DNA from: the human T2T-CHM13v2.0 reference genome, Homo sapiens
Reading direction: 5' to 3'
NCBI GenBank assembly: GCA_009914755.4
Contig: CP068257.2
Coordinates: 36,096,001-36,160,000 of the forward strand
Length of the DNA stretch: 64,000 bases
The notes under the pieces are model-generated. The model searched no databases, was not told the origin of the DNA, and was given only the letters and a program-made list of their open reading frames with translations. The position numbers and the translations under genes were made by a program. Shown piece by piece: positions 16,650 to 30,729 of this stretch (position 1 is the stretch's first letter; every line of letters begins with the position of its first letter).

Positions 16650-16941
16650 TTTTTGGGGGGGGGCAGGGTCTCACTCTGTCACCCAGGCTGGAGTGCAGTG
16701 GTGCGATCACAGCTCACTGTAGCCTCAACCTTCTGGGCCCAAGCAATCCTCCCACCTCAGCCCCCTAAGTAGCTGGGACTATAGGCACGGGCCACCATGC
16801 CTAGCTAATTTTTGTACTTTTTGTAGAGACAGGGTCTTGCCATGATGCTCAGGCTGGTCGTGAACTCCTGAGCTCAAGCGATTCACCCACCTCAACCTCC
16901 CAAAATGTTGGCATTATAGGCGTGAGCCACCATGCCCAGCC
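16650..16941 (-). mobile_element. Alu SINE, minus orientation, with 14-bp TSD cctgattcttcttc (16636-16649 and 16942-16955); the tail contains a G9 run
   Basis: tttttgggggggggcagggtctcactctgtcacccaggctggagtgcagtggtgcgatcacagctcactgtagcctcaacc...ggcattataggcgtgagccaccatgcccagcc. Confidence 0.9.
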
Positions 16942-17639
16942 CCTGATTCTTCTTCAAAGCGATTTCAAGAATCAGGACTGTCTACAGTTAGTTAGAACCA
17001 TTAAGAACCTGTCATGACCATCATGTACAGCGATATAGGTTGTCCGCTAACAAAGATGCCCAGATGAGGGGAGAAAGAGGGTGGAAACCTAGTCAATGCT
17101 TCCCCTGCCAAGACACATGCCCGTTCACAGGGCTGAGTCCACCCAGAGGAAAGGGCACCTGTGGTAATTTGCACAAAGGCACTGTATGGGCTAGCAGCAG
17201 TCCTGCAACCTCAGATGTCATTTACTTCATCCTCCTTTTTTTTTAGATGAACACATGAAGAAAGTGAGGCCCAGGGAAGCCAACAGATTTGCCAGGAGGC
17301 AGAGCTGGAGTGAGCTCCCAGACCTTGGGATCCTAGGCTGTCCGTTCCTCCTTCTGTGTTTCCCTGAAGCAGTGGCTGCTTCAGGCTATTGTCTTGCCCA
17401 GGGACTGTGGAGTTGGTGGTTTCCTTCTGAGAGCAACAAGAAATCTATTGCTCCTGATTCTTCCAGTGTGGAGCTTGGAGACAGCCAGTCCTGGGGAATC
17501 CCAGCTCTGCTGCCCACCAGCCAAGGGACCCGCAGCCTTAAGTCTTCATATGCAAAATAGGGTGAAATTTCCACCTTGCTGGGTTGCTGGGAGAATGAAA
17601 TGACATAATGAACTTTGGGAGCCTGGTGACAAGGTGCTT

Positions 17640-17860
17640 GGCTATAGTGCCTGGTGGGCCTGGGTTGGAATCCAGTTCTCCCAACTCCAATCTGCAAGTA
17701 TTTGTTCAGGCCACTTCTGCCTCAGAGTCTGTTTCCTCAACTGCATAATGAAAATAATAAGACCTACCTTGAAGAGTTACTGTGAGAAAGAAAAAAATCC
17801 TGCAAGGATGGCACCTGGTCCACAGCAGCCATTGAACAAATGACAGCAATTATGATAGTG
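17640..17860. mobile_element. MIR SINE fragment
   Basis: ...gtgcctggtgggcctgggttggaatccagttctcccaactccaatctgcaagtatttgttcaggccacttctgcctcagagtctgtttcctcaactgcataatgaaaataataagacctaccttgaagagttactgtgagaaag matches the MIR consensus core/3' region. Confidence 0.55.
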
Positions 17861-18189
17861 TCTGGGTCGAAGAAGGTACACAATTTGTAACTACAATAAT
17901 CACTATTTTTATAAGCTCAACATTGTCCTGGAAACTGTGGGAAATCCAGAAATAATCTAAGAAACAGATGGGCAGACCCATCTGGAAGCTAAGAGCCTGC
18001 TTGGTAACACAAAACCTGCATAGTGCCCCATATCAATGTGCAGTTGCATTCTACACTGTGGACAAGAGGCCAAGAATGTTCTAGTGCATCAGAGACAGAG
18101 GCCAACGGTGGCTGGACTAATTGGCAAAGGCATCACAAAGGAGGTGGGAAATTATTGTGGCTCTGATGTGTGAAAGGGAAAAAGCCAAC

Positions 18190-18380
18190 CCTTACTGAAT
18201 ATCTATTATGTGCCAAGTACTGGGCAGGGCACAACAGCCCACAGGGGGAGTATTGACCCGTCTTACAGATGAGGCAGTGGAGGTGCATAAGGTTCAGTCA
18301 CTTGCTGAAGCTTACATGTCTAATATTCGGTGGGGATAGGAGATTGAACCCTCCATCAAGTTGGTCCCATTCTGAAGCTT
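18190..18380 (+). mobile_element. MIR SINE fragment
   Basis: ctgaatatctattatgtgccaagtactgggc...cttacagatgaggcagtggaggtgcataaggttcagtcacttgctgaag...ggagattgaaccc resembles MIR (tattatgtgccaggcactgtgctaag...ttttacagatgaggaaactgaggcacagagaggttaagtaacttgcccaaggtcacacagc...gatttgaaccc). Confidence 0.55.
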
Positions 18381-18419
18381 GTCTTCTTTCCTTTCTGCCA
18401 TTGCAGATAGATGAGAGAA

Positions 18420-18466
18420 TGTGTGTGTGTGTGTGTGTGTGTGTGTTTGTGTGCCTGCATGTGTGT
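18420..18466. repeat. (TG)n microsatellite (~17 uninterrupted repeats)
   Basis: gtgtgtgtgtgtgtgtgtgtgtgtgtttgtgtgcctgcatgtgtgt. Confidence 0.95.
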
Positions 18467-18769
18467 ACAAGGTGAGAAAAAGTGGCAACAAGAAGAATCT
18501 TGCCTCACTCCTGTGTTAATAGAGTAAATTACCCCAGTGGAGCAGAAGAAGTGGAAATAATGGAGTGAAAGATTTAAGGGGCTTGTGTTTGGGATATGGG
18601 TCAACACTAGAGAGAGGATGCTGGGGATGGAGGAGAAGGGATAAGGCTAATAGAGAAAAAAAGACTTTCTAAGATTTGATGGCAGATTAAGATCTGGTAA
18701 GTGGGAAGATCCTGGTGTCTTACAAAATCATAAGTTGGGAAGGGGAACTCGCAGCTAGGGAATAGGATG

Positions 18770-18960
18770 AACATTTATTGAACACCTACTATGTGCCGGC
18801 ATTGAGCTTTGTAGCTTCACATCTGTTTTCAGCTTTATTCCCTCCCCTTAATAAATCTGTGTGGTAGGCAGCATCATTGATCTGAGAGAGGCTGGCTACC
18901 TTGCCCAAGGTTACACAGCTGCAATTGGGTTTGGTCTTGGGTGATTGCTCTAAGTCTAGG
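18770..18960 (+). mobile_element. MIR SINE fragment
   Basis: gaacatttattgaacacctactatgtgccggcattgagc...ccttaataaatctgtgtggtaggcagcatcattgatctgagagaggctggctaccttgcccaaggttacacagctgcaattgggtttggtcttgggtgattgctctaagtctagggtactt. Confidence 0.6.
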
Positions 18961-21900
18961 GTACTTTTTATTAACCAAACAGCACAGAAGCATGAAACAC
19001 CCAAGGGTGCTGAGCAGACAGATGGGCTGTCTCAGAGGATGAGAGTATAGAGCAACAATCAAGAATCGAGACCACCAGATACTTCAGGAAGCATCCACAG
19101 ATAGTGCTCAGGAGGAGCAGAGGGTGCAGGCAGTGAGAAGGCGGAGGAGTTAGTGGAAATGAGGGGGCTCTGCTGATAAGAAGAGTCCAGGATGGGGAGG
19201 CCAAGGTGGTGCATTCAGCAAGGGAGAGGCCCTTCCTAGCAAGGAAGGAAACTCCCAGAGACTCTGAATAGGGTGGTCAGGATGGAAGTTCGACTGCAGG
19301 GACAGAGGGTGATGATGGCTGAAGCTGCAAGACACACTCATCTTAGATGAGGAAGGGAGATGGCAGCGTGGCTGGGGAAAACAAGCATGACACCTAGTTT
19401 TCCAAACGAGGGAGGGGAAGCAACCAGTAGAAATGAAGCAGTGGGACATTCTAGAGGGAAAGCAAGAACAAGATCTCCCAGGGATTGGGAAGAAACAGAA
19501 TGAAGGTCAAAGCGTTGCCCTCAGAGAGAAGATGGGCCCCTCCCTGTCTGAGAGACACAATGCCAGGCACAGCAGGGTGTGTGGGGCTGGCCAGACTGGT
19601 CACTCCTGCTCAGAATGTGACAGTTGTTCCAGTCTTTCCAATGGATTGTGGTCACCTATCCTGGAGTGTCCATAAATTAGATCAGACTTTTCAGTCTTGA
19701 AGAGGGGCAGAGAGAAGCGAGAAAGTGATTGCTTGGTTTTCCCACTCCAGTTAAGACACAAGTCGCCCTCTCTTAGATTCCAGAATTGTGGAAAGCCAAA
19801 TCTTCTAAAAAGGTCTGGTGAGCTTTAGAGTGAGGAACGGGGAAGCTATTTCGGAAGAACTAGTCTCTGCATGACTGATGGGCAGGACGTTTCCTCGTCA
19901 ATTTTCTGGGGCAAGACCGATTTGGATTTGCTTTGATTCCACCACGTCATGGGTTCTCACGACAGAGGAAAGAATAGTCAATCCAAACCCTCACATTAGC
20001 CGGAGTTCCAATTTTAGACAGATGTTCCAACCCACTTCCCACAAACCCGCTTCTCTTAAGAATTCTAGCAAGTGGAAAATTGAATTTCATTTTCTCTGCT
20101 GTCCCTCTCCTGGGGATGACAGAAACTGGGTTTTGAAGGAGAAAAAAGGGTCCCAGGTAATTCACCCAGAGCAGTGACCACATAGTTGAGGGTTAAGAAC
20201 AAACTGATCCCCACAACTCAACACCTGTTGGGTAGCTCCACCTGGTACCAGCAAGAAAAGGGGGGGCTGGCAAGCAAGCATTCAAGGGTATTTTCCCTGC
20301 TCTAACAAGGTATGTTTAATTCTACAAGAAAACTGTTATTTCTCTGCATCATTTTCCCTCTTGACTTCACCTTTAATGCACACTCTATAGACGTCCTGTT
20401 GTTTAACTTTGTGCTTGCAGTTAAGTGTTAGCATTTTGAACAAATTAATGCTGACTTCCTCTTTTCCTATAAAGGCTGCACCCTCTGGATGTATTTCAGT
20501 GATTATACTAATTCCTGCATCAATAAAATAGAATTACTTTTACTTAAACGTGGCTTAAATTCCTGGCGATACTTGAGTGGAATGCAAAAGGCCTATGTTT
20601 TGCACTTCATTGCATCTGTGTTGTTCTGGAGAAATCTGCCGTTGGTATTTCGGGGGTCTTTTGAAGAGGAGTCTGCTCTCTGTAATCATTGCCATGTTTT
20701 ATTTGAGCTCTCGGAGATGGGCATTTCCTTTGCCTGGGTTTTGTGGAGGAGACACGCACTAACTAGATTTGGGGTTTCAAAGACTCAGGTCCTCAGATAA
20801 TCACTTGGTACCTGTTCTTTGGCCAGTGGCCAAACATCTCCGCATCTCAGCATCTTTCTTCTAGGGACTGTTGGTCAACAGCTTATGCTACCAACTTCTA
20901 CCCTGAAAAATATTCACTTTTTTAGGGTTTTTTAGGATAAAATAAGAAATTTCTTTTAAAAGAAAGCTTGATGTGTCTTTGAATGGTCTGATGCATTGAA
21001 TAAATTGCATGTCCTTTTTCTAGAAAGCAAATGAAATAATTTTAGTTAAAAGGTTTCATAAGGCAGGTTTCGGTTGATGGGAGCGCAATGTCTCCCTGTA
21101 TGGTCACATACACGACTGTGTTTTGTGAGTGTTGCATTTCCCCAGGTTTCAGAGAAGAAAATGATTCTTTTCCTCCATGGGTCAGACATGTAGGTGTAGT
21201 TCTTCTCTCAGCCTCTGCCTTCATTTCTCAGACAACTTGGTTTCCTGTGAACCAGGCACATGCATGTTCTTCAAAATGGCCCTGGATTGAAGCAGGCCAC
21301 CAGTTTCCATTTAGCCTTAGCTGAATGAGAAGATGTTCAGTCCTGCCAGCTTCATTATCAGCAGGTCTCTTGCATTTTAAGTGTTTTTCTCAATTTGTTT
21401 GAGTCATCCTGTTGTGTACCCTGAGGCTTTGAGGTACCAGAAGACGGAGGTTGAAATCTTTACAGTAGATGTGGGCTCCTACCTTTCTATTGTGTCAGGT
21501 TCTAGGAATATCATTTTTCTTCTCAAAATGACTTCACTAGCGGGGAGAAACCAGCTGGTTTTTTTCCTGGTAGGGGTGGCTTGAAGATGCTCCCACGGGG
21601 GAGGAATTGAGGGGCTTGTGACTTTGTGCATGGATCTCTGCTCTACTAGTTTGTGCAAAGTGGAGATTGTGCAGACCCTAAAATGTTGTACAGAGGAGAG
21701 CCCAGTCTAAGGGTTCTATAGCGGAGAGAGCACCAGCGAGGAGTTCTTGGATCCAGTGGGCCCCCTCCAATCCCAGGAAGCCTCTATAAATTGATCTGTC
21801 TTAACAAAAAGCCTCAATTTGTAGCATTTGTCAATTTTTGTGGTGTACAAGCTCCCACCATGGCTGACTGCAAACTATCACCTGTTGACCAGCTCACAAC

Positions 21901-24900
21901 ATTCCCGCTATTTAACGATCAGCTGTCATGAGCTGATACGAGCTCACTGCAGCACCCCCACTGAAACAAGTCCTACATCCTTGCAGTGGGGGTGAAGGGA
22001 TCCTATTTTGCTGGAAGGTGGTGGGAAGGAGGGGGTGACATGGAAGGGAAATAAAGGGATGCAGGTTTGGGAAAGGTTGCCCACTCTGTCTCCCTCTTGG
22101 AGAGTTCTAGAACAAGTGAGCCTATTAAGGGCTCTGAGAAATCCTATGATTGATATATATAATTGCTTAAATGTGCTTTCCCAAACTCATTTGAGCTTAG
22201 GATAACCTACGCACATCTTGGTTCTGTGGAACGTATTTGATATTTGGTTTGGCGGCTCCTGGAATGAATGACAGGAACGTTGGAGATGGGCACACCCCCA
22301 CTATGCCTTCTTCACGATTCGCTCAGGGCCAGCCCAGCATGTCCCCGTTTCCACCTGACACAGCCCAAAGCTGTCAGCCCAAGCATTCACTGTCAGCATC
22401 CCCTATTGTCCTCAGCGTGCACCGACTCCCGCTCCCTTCCCCTTGCCTCAGTAGAAAGAGACATGACTCAGTCAACCAGCAACAAGCAAAAAGGAGAGTG
22501 ACATATTACCCAAACAGAGGAAGATTCTCTGACACAATGGGAGGTTAGCTTAGACTCTGTTGCTAGACTCAGAGGGTAAGATGAAAGTAAAGGTTCTAAA
22601 ATAGAATCCTATCACCAGAAACGGGGACAGCCTGAGGCTGGGATTACCTACAGACCACCCACGGCGCTTTCACCTTCACCCACTCCAGTTTTTCCCTATG
22701 GGTTTGCAAATGGAATCATTCCATATTCGAGTGCGGTGCTGCTCCTCCAGCTGCCAGGAAGCCCCCAAACCTCAGCACTGTAGGCTCTGAATGTGTTCTG
22801 CATTTATCCCTCCTCCAGCCCTTCTCACTGAAGCTCTCAGCTTGGTGAATGATGACTTGGCAACTAGGGAGGTCGGGGCCAGGGCCAGTGTAGTATCCAC
22901 ATTGGGCTCCACCCCATAGACTCCATGCAAGCCCCCTGACCTTCCCTTGAGAGTGATGTGTATGGGCTGTGGGAGGAAGGGGTGTGTAAAGCCTGTGACT
23001 TTGCTTGGTGGAAACCCACAGCTGGAGGCAGAGGACACAGGGACACCTGCTCTGAATGAGGCCTGGAGCAGCCACGTGGAGGATGCTGAAGGCACAGCTC
23101 CCACCTCTACGGCAGCTGTGGCAGTGGCAGTGGCAGCTGGGGCAGAGCTGGGGAGAATTATTAGGGGAGAAAGAGACACAATCAAACGGCCTTCCTTGAA
23201 AGGTTTCCTAAGGGAAGAGAGCCTGGGGTATGGAGCCCCATCTATGGGATGAGCCATTGGGAAGCACATGGGGTCAGCACTCTGAGAATAATGGAGAATT
23301 CTCCCCCTCCGGGCTCTGACTTTTTCGGTAGCACAGACTTGGGTGAACTTCAGGTGGAGTCTATAGTAAAGTGCAGCCTAGGGGCTTGGCTCAAAACAGA
23401 TGAGCTGAAACGTACATACCTGATGGCTCAAGCACAGGCTTGGAGCCCCATCTCTGCCATTTTGGTCCCATAACTTCTACCAGGCACCTCCTGTGTACCG
23501 AGCCCTGTGCTAGGCCCTGGGGATGCAAAGACCAATAAAACACAAATCCCTGCCAGGGGAACTCAGGGTTCTTTTGTGGCTTAAAACTGGTCTGAGTCTG
23601 GGGGTGAGGGTGGGGTGGGGTAGGAGACATTTTTTTGGAATGAAATAAGACATCCTCTTAAACACTGTTTTGGAGTTGGGAGTCACTGCTTTATGAGCAT
23701 GGGCTTTCCTTTTGGGGTAATGAGAATGTTTTGGAACATGATGGAGTTGTTGGCTGCACAACATCATCAATGTACTAAATGCCTCTGAAATGCACTCTTG
23801 TAAATGGTTAATTTCACCTGAGAAAAGAGAAGTTGCTTTTGATGGTAAAACTCTAGAAGTCCAACACCTCTGGAAGGTCATGTGTCTTCATCTGCCTAAG
23901 CCTGAGAACCAGGGGTGTGCAGGGTAGACATCTGAGAGATAAAGCATGGTGGCATGTCCATCCAGGGCCAGTGTCCCGATGGGGAGATGGAGAGAGGGAG
24001 GCACAATGCAGGGGACTCCTCCATGAGCCTGGGCAGCCTACATCCCAGCCCTGTTAAGGTACTGTTCACCTCTGCAGCCTGCAGCGCTGACAACCATGCT
24101 TGAGGCCAGGTTGGAACATCTGGCAAGCCATTAATACCTGGTGACTGTGATGAATGCCTATGAGCTCCAACTGACTTCAGCATTTCACGGTCACCCTCCT
24201 GGAGGCACCGTCCTTAATAATACTTTTATGCAACTTAGACACGAGTTGCTGCGCTGGGCTGTTGCAGTTGACTGGGGGACAATGTGATTTTTCTCCTGAC
24301 ATGAGTTTCCTAACAAATTACGTTGGGGGCACGATGCTTTTCCTTTTGTGAGATTGGACTTTCTCTTTTATTGTGTGATGTTCTTTTCCTGTGTTGTACT
24401 GATATGTTACGGGGGGATCTGCAGAGCTTCTTTACACAGCACAGCTTGTTTTTTCTCTGAGGTCCTCACTGTGCATCAGTGCCCGATGGCAAGAGAAGAC
24501 CTGTTTCATATTGCCTCTCTCTGGGTATATGTGCTACAGGAGTACGTCTCATTAGGGGTCAGAGTGGCCAGAAGTAAACTGGATTTGTGCTTATCAGTCA
24601 TTTATTCCTTGAGGTGATTCCTACTTTAACCTGAAGTACTTGGTGGATTTTCATCAGACAGTGGAAATATTTGCATTTTCCTTTTTCTCTCAGCTTGGGT
24701 GGCAGTGTTTCTCTTGCAAAATTAGCTGCATTTGTAAAGTGAAGCAGAACGAAAGTCAAGAGGGCGATTTCTCTGTTGGCGTTTGTTTATTTTTCCAGGA
24801 TCATCTTGCTAAAAGGAAAAGTTTTCCTAGCAATAACCTTGCGATATCTTTAGGCAGCTCTGATCATAATTGATCTGCAGTCAAGTCTTCCATCCTGGAA

Positions 24901-27900
24901 GGAAAATATCCGGAAAGAGGACTTGATTCCCTTCTGCCCAGTCATAGTCTATTTAGGGTGAGGCCTGAGTGGTGTCTGGGGACAGGGTTTCTGGGGACAG
25001 AGTCTGAGTCACAAAGTCTCCCTGCTGATTCTCTGCTCACCAAGCCATGTACTCTGGTTTGGGACAGTTGCTGCACAGAAGGGGGCAGATTCCTGCCCGA
25101 TGATCTTGTATAACCCTGCAGTGGCCCCGTCTAGGAACCCAAAGACATTCTGGTTCTATGTTTGTAGAGTATATTTTAAGGCCACAGTGAATGAACTTGG
25201 AAGGAGATAGAAGGATTTGCCATTGAGATGCCTTTTTGGTAGACAGCATGAAAACTCTGGGCTTCTCCCTGGGGTCAAACCATGCTCTGCACCTGGCCAG
25301 CTCTCCAGGAAGCCAAGGTGGAATGATGGGTTTCAGGACAGTGGTTTCTCATACTTTCCAGGGCTGTATTTGTTTAATGCTCACACTCTTTTTTAACAGT
25401 GAGATTTTGAGCACTTTTGAGTCTCGGCTCACACAGACAGCCAGCATGGGCCATGGAGACAGGCAGCCCTGGGGGCCAACTATGGTTCCCCATTTGGTGT
25501 TCTGTGTCTCCTGGGGATGACTTATTAATAGCTCATAGATTACAAACGGCCTGTACTTCCCTGCCCTGTGGCTTGTCTACTGCAATGCTGTTTGGGTTTC
25601 ATGCACTTGGGATATAGTCCTTTTAAAATTACATTTTCTCCTGCTTCCATGCTTCTCCCCTGGGGCCCATTGGCAAAGCCTGTGTGCTTTGCTGTGCCTC
25701 CCCTGAATTATTCTTGCCTTCTCCAGCAAAGGTTTATTTGATTTCTTTAAAGTTACTTGACTGAATTCTCAACGCAAGTACATACACTAAAGTAATCACA
25801 TCTGCTCTTTTTTAGGGAAAAGTAGAAATCTGCACTCTTGTCTCGACTTTGCCTTGCCTGCAGAACTCAACATTTGCGAATGATGTGTCCTTGAGAAGTC
25901 ATGTTTTACCCAGTTTTGCAAACTTTTGGCTCATATCATAAATTCAAAGATGCTGGTGCTCCCAGTCTTAGTGCTAACATTTCTATTTATACCCCTTTCC
26001 CTGAGCCCCAAGAAATGTTCTTTAAACATATTCTCAGCTGGACCAGAAGAGATTTGGTTTGTGTGTTTGTTTTTAATGGGCCCTGCATTGACTTGGATAA
26101 TGCTGTTGAAAACACAGTAAGATGGATTAAGTGCTGGATAATTCTCCTTCTAGCACCAATACTCCCTAATAACTTTTTGATACATACAAACAAAAACATC
26201 CTCTTTAATCTGCAAATTCCTCTTTGGATGGGCTGAAGGGTAAGGTTATCTGGAAAAAATGAGTAACTTCTGCAGAGAGAATCCTGTGTCAGTCACCAGA
26301 GGAGAAGAGAGAAAGCTGCTTGTCTCTTGCAGACCTGTGCTGGCCAATACAGCAGCTACCAGCCTGAAATTTGCCTGGTCTGAATAGAGATGTGCAGTAA
26401 GTGTTAAACACACAGGGGATTTTTGAAGAGTAATAATGTAAAAGTAAAATATCCCATTAATAATTGTCATACCAATTACATGTTGAGCTTTTAATATCTG
26501 GATATAGTGGGTGAAATAAAATATATCATTATTTTAATTTCACCTATTTCTTTTTTCCTTTCAAAGGTTCATATTATAGAATTTAAGATTATGCAGGTGG
26601 CTGGCATTATATTTCCACTGGGCAGGGCTGTTACAGAACATCCAGTACTGAGGAACGCCAGCTCTTAGCATGTTGGGAATAAAATTGATGCAAAAGGCAG
26701 TCCCTTGGTTGGCTTAAGTCAGAAGAAAAGGGCTGCTTATTAGGGGGGTTTAACCTTTTGATGTGGAAGGAGCTGAGGGCTCTGTAATTGGGAAAAAATT
26801 AATAAGAGTTCATAATGTGATATAATAAGGGGTATTGAACACAACTAATCAAAAAATGGTTGGGGAATTGCTGATAAACGTGTGTAAATATGTTCCCTCC
26901 TAGTTTGGGAGCTGTGGCTACTTTAGCCCGCTGGTTCAATTGTTTTTCATTTTTTCGAGTGCTATGCAAGCTCGTGTCAGCTTTCTGCACACCACTAATA
27001 ACCCAATTTGTGCCTGATTGGAGAAGCTTGACATTGACAGTATCTTATGTTGATGCCATGCATGATGGGGTGAGGAGGGAGAGAGGGAGAAAAGCTCCTG
27101 GAAAAACGGGCATTTACAAATGGGAAAAGTGAACTGGGAGAGGGCAGTGTACCATTGGCTTGGGTAAATATTCATTTTATTTATTTATTTAAAAATTTTG
27201 GTTCATGAACAATTCTTTAGGTTTGAAAAAAAAAAAAAGATCAGGTGTTGTTATCCAGGGCTGAAGAAATGAATCATGGTCCCAGCTTTGAAGCACCTGT
27301 GGCAACATTGCCAGTCTCCCTGTTCTTTCCTGCTAAGCCCATGACTCCAGTGTGGCTTGTGGAGGAAGCTCACTGGGACTATTTTAAAACGTGTGCCCAA
27401 GGAAGTGCAAATGCTGTGCCCAGCACTACTACAAACCAGTAGCTCTTGTAAACCAAAAACAAAATTTGAACGCCCCCCAACCATCTGAGTGGACTTCTTC
27501 CTTGGCCAGGGCTCTCCTAAAATTTAACCTGAGAGACTGGTTCAGGCCATTATGGTAAGTGGGGATCGGACACGCCTTATTATACCTCTCTGGCATTAAC
27601 ATCAACACAGACCCGAAGTCTGATAAGAATCGTTTACAATCTACTCTCTCTGAAGCCTGCAACCTGGAGGCTTCAGCTGCATGATAAAACTTTGGTCTCC
27701 ACACCTCTTATCGCGACCCAGACATTACCTTTCTATTGATCCCAGGTCTTTAGATAAACTCAACCCATTGTCGACTAGAAAACATTCTAAATCTACCTAT
27801 AAACTGGAACTAACAACCCCCCTCCTTTGAGTTGTCCCGCCTTTCTGGACTGAACCAATGTATTTCTGAAATGTATTTGATTGAAGTCTCATGTCTCCCT

Positions 27901-30599
27901 AAAATGTATCAAACCAAGCTGCACCCTGACCACCTTGGGCACATACATGTTCTCAGGACCTCCTGAGGGCTGTGTCACTCATATTTGGCTCAGAATAAAT
28001 CTCTTCAAATATTTTACAGAGTTTGACTCTTTTCATTGACATTCTTCTGCCATTCCCCTGTTCCTGGAGGCTCAAGGACCATAAACTTGAATAGCGTGAT
28101 TTGGCTTTGGTTTGAGCCTATGCCTTTAGGTTTAGATCTTTGCCTAATTGACTAGTAGACTTTGCTGCTAAAAAGCATGACTGCAAATCTGATAAACACT
28201 CCAGCTTTTGCCTTTAGATCTCTGACCAATTCTCCTTCTCAGTGACTTTTCCTGACTTCCTCTTCTGTCTGTCCCCTTGAATGTTGGGGGTACCCCATGG
28301 TTTGTCTTCAGCCTCTTTTTCTTCTCATCCCTCACTGTTTCTTGGGGAAAGGTCTCCTGTGGATGAAGCGCTCCCTATATGTAGATGACTTCCTCATCTA
28401 GCTCTCCAGGTCAGATCTTTCTTTCCCTCAATTTCTTTGCTGTCATATTGACTTGCTTGCAAGATATTTCCACATGGATTTCCTGTAAGAACCTCAAAAT
28501 AAACATTTTTTCAAGACAGAGATTGTTATCCCCATGCTGTCTGGACTAGATATTCTCCATCTGTCCCTGAAGAGTCCCCCCACACCCTCTGGACTCTCTC
28601 TGCAGCCCAGGAGAATGACCTTTCTGGATGTACCTGGTCTCTCATGTCCTCTGGCTTCCTGTTGGGCTTGGCTCATGAGAGGTTCTGGTGGGAGATCAAA
28701 GAGTAGGAGGAGAATGGAACCTTTCTATTAAGATGGGTTGAGTTGAAATGGGCTGTGTTCCTCTTCCTACAACCATAGTCCCACTCAGTGGTCCTCTCTC
28801 CTGCAGCTCTGTCTGGTTTCCTCCCTTGGCCCCTTTAGACTCAGGGTTGTGATGGCTCTAGATGTTGCCAGCCCTGGGTTCCTCTCCTTTCCTTCTTGGT
28901 GACTAGCCTTGCCCATGCCTCCACAGAGTTCCTTTTCTAAGCATCCTCATCACCTGATGATTGTTCCTTCTTTTCTGCAAGGCCCCAGCTCAGACCTTTT
29001 CCATGTGGCCCCTCCTGTGCAGGGCTCTGTGCATGGCACCAACGCCAGCCCAGGATACCAAGCCAGCACCCAGAGGCATCTTTGTGTCTCCATCTTTCAC
29101 CCCGCTGCCAACAAATGCCAAGTCCTGTGGCTTCCTTTTCCTAAAAGCCTTTCCTCATGGTCCCTCTTTGCTGTCCCCAAAGCACCAGAACTCTTTGGGT
29201 TGTGGAAATAAGTGAAAATCAACCAAGTGAGGAAAACAGAGGCTATTTATTCGCACGTGCTGTAGTAAGGGACCATCACGTGCATTTGGTAACGGCCCAA
29301 AGGCAGGCAGGGGAGTGAGAAAGCTTCATGTTGGAAAAGGGGGAAGGCCTCAGGCATGCCCTGATGGAAACTGTCATCATGGGGAAGCTGCAGGTGAGCT
29401 ACCTAGAAATGGACATCCTGTGTGATTGGTGAGGGGGCATATTTGACTTTTACCAATTGGCCTTAAGTTGGAAGTAGGAGCAAAAATCAGGGAAATTTGG
29501 TTATTAACCAAGTCCTGGTCATTTGGGCCAATTGTTACAGAAGTTATTGTTTAGCTTTCTGGAGTGTCACTGGTTTCTTGCAAGGCTGACTTACAACAGG
29601 CTGGCTTCCTGGGTTGTTTATTGTAGAAAAGCAGTTGGTTTCCTGGGCAGGTGGCTGCAGGCTGTGGGTCCAAGTGCTATTTTTATATGTGGTTGGCCAC
29701 TGTCCATTTCTGTATTCAATCTCAGGGTCAGTTTTTAATTAACTGTTTTTTTTGTTGTTGTTGTTCTGGATTATAAAGATGGTATATACTCATGTAGAAC
29801 ATTTTAATTAACCCAGAAAAATATTAAAAAGAAAAAACACCTTGTATCCTGCCAGCAGAGGTAACCATTGTTGACATTTCCAGGAACATCTTTTCAGAGA
29901 TCTCTCTGTGCATTGACACATTCATACATGAGTGGCCATCCTCTACAAAGCGTTCTGTAGCCCTCTCATCAGTTTTCACTGGGGTTGCTGTGGCAGTCAC
30001 CAGATCTAGATCACTGTTCCAGTCTTGCCAACATCCACTTCATTTCTCACAGAGCTTCAGATTGGGCTCTCTCTAATTCAGATTCCAACAGTTCCTGTCC
30101 TGCTTTAAATTGTTCAGTGGTTGCTCATCAAGTCCAGGCTCCCAGCAAGGCTCTCTGGGCCACTGATGATGTGTCCTCTTCTTCCAAACCTTCCATCTCT
30201 TCTCTGCACTTGGGGGAACTCAGGATTCTCTAAGGACTGTGCTCCTTCCTGCAGATGTGTGCCCACATGTTGCCTCTGTTGTCTCCCAGGCTCTTCCTCA
30301 GCCCCCATAGACTAGCGAAATCCTCAGGAGTCAGCTCAGACTTGCCCTTCCCTGGAAGCCTGCCAGAGAGCTCCCAATATGTTTAGTTTCTGTCCTCACC
30401 ACCCAGTGCCTGCCTCTGGGACAGCACTTAGCCCACAGGATGACAGTGGCTGGCTTTCATGTCTCTTCCCTGACAGACCCTCAATCTTCAAGGTAAGCAA
30501 CTATGCTTTACTCATTTTGTCCCCAGCCCAGTGTCTGTGATGGTACCTGAGACATAGTGGAGGCTCAGGAGACATTGCCTGAATAAATGAGGTGCTGGG

Positions 30600-30680
30600 T
30601 GGATGCAATCATATGTATGTATGTGTGTGCATGTGTATGCGTGTGTATATGTGTGTGTGTGATACATATATATCTGTAGA
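30600..30680. repeat. Impure (TG)n/(TATG)n microsatellite
   Basis: atatgtatgtatgtgtgtgcatgtgtatgcgtgtgtatatgtgtgtgtgtgatacatatatatctg. Confidence 0.9.
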
Positions 30681-30729
30681 TGCCCTGATTGTATGTCAGC
30701 TTGCTGTTTGGGTACCTGCCATGGTTTGA

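Noticed and set aside
21947-21985. 9-bp inverted repeat cccccactg ... cagtggggg with a 20-bp loop (possible hairpin)
   Set aside because: It is short, isolated and sits within a probable degraded repeat fragment. A stem-loop of this size is expected by chance many times in 64 kb.
22772-23269. 165-aa minus ORF and overlapping 101-aa plus ORF with Ala/Thr runs (ATATATAAVEV)
   Set aside because: They are driven by a short (GCAGTG)n-like repeat (ctgtggcagtggcagtggcagctgg at ~23110-23140). There is no domain similarity.
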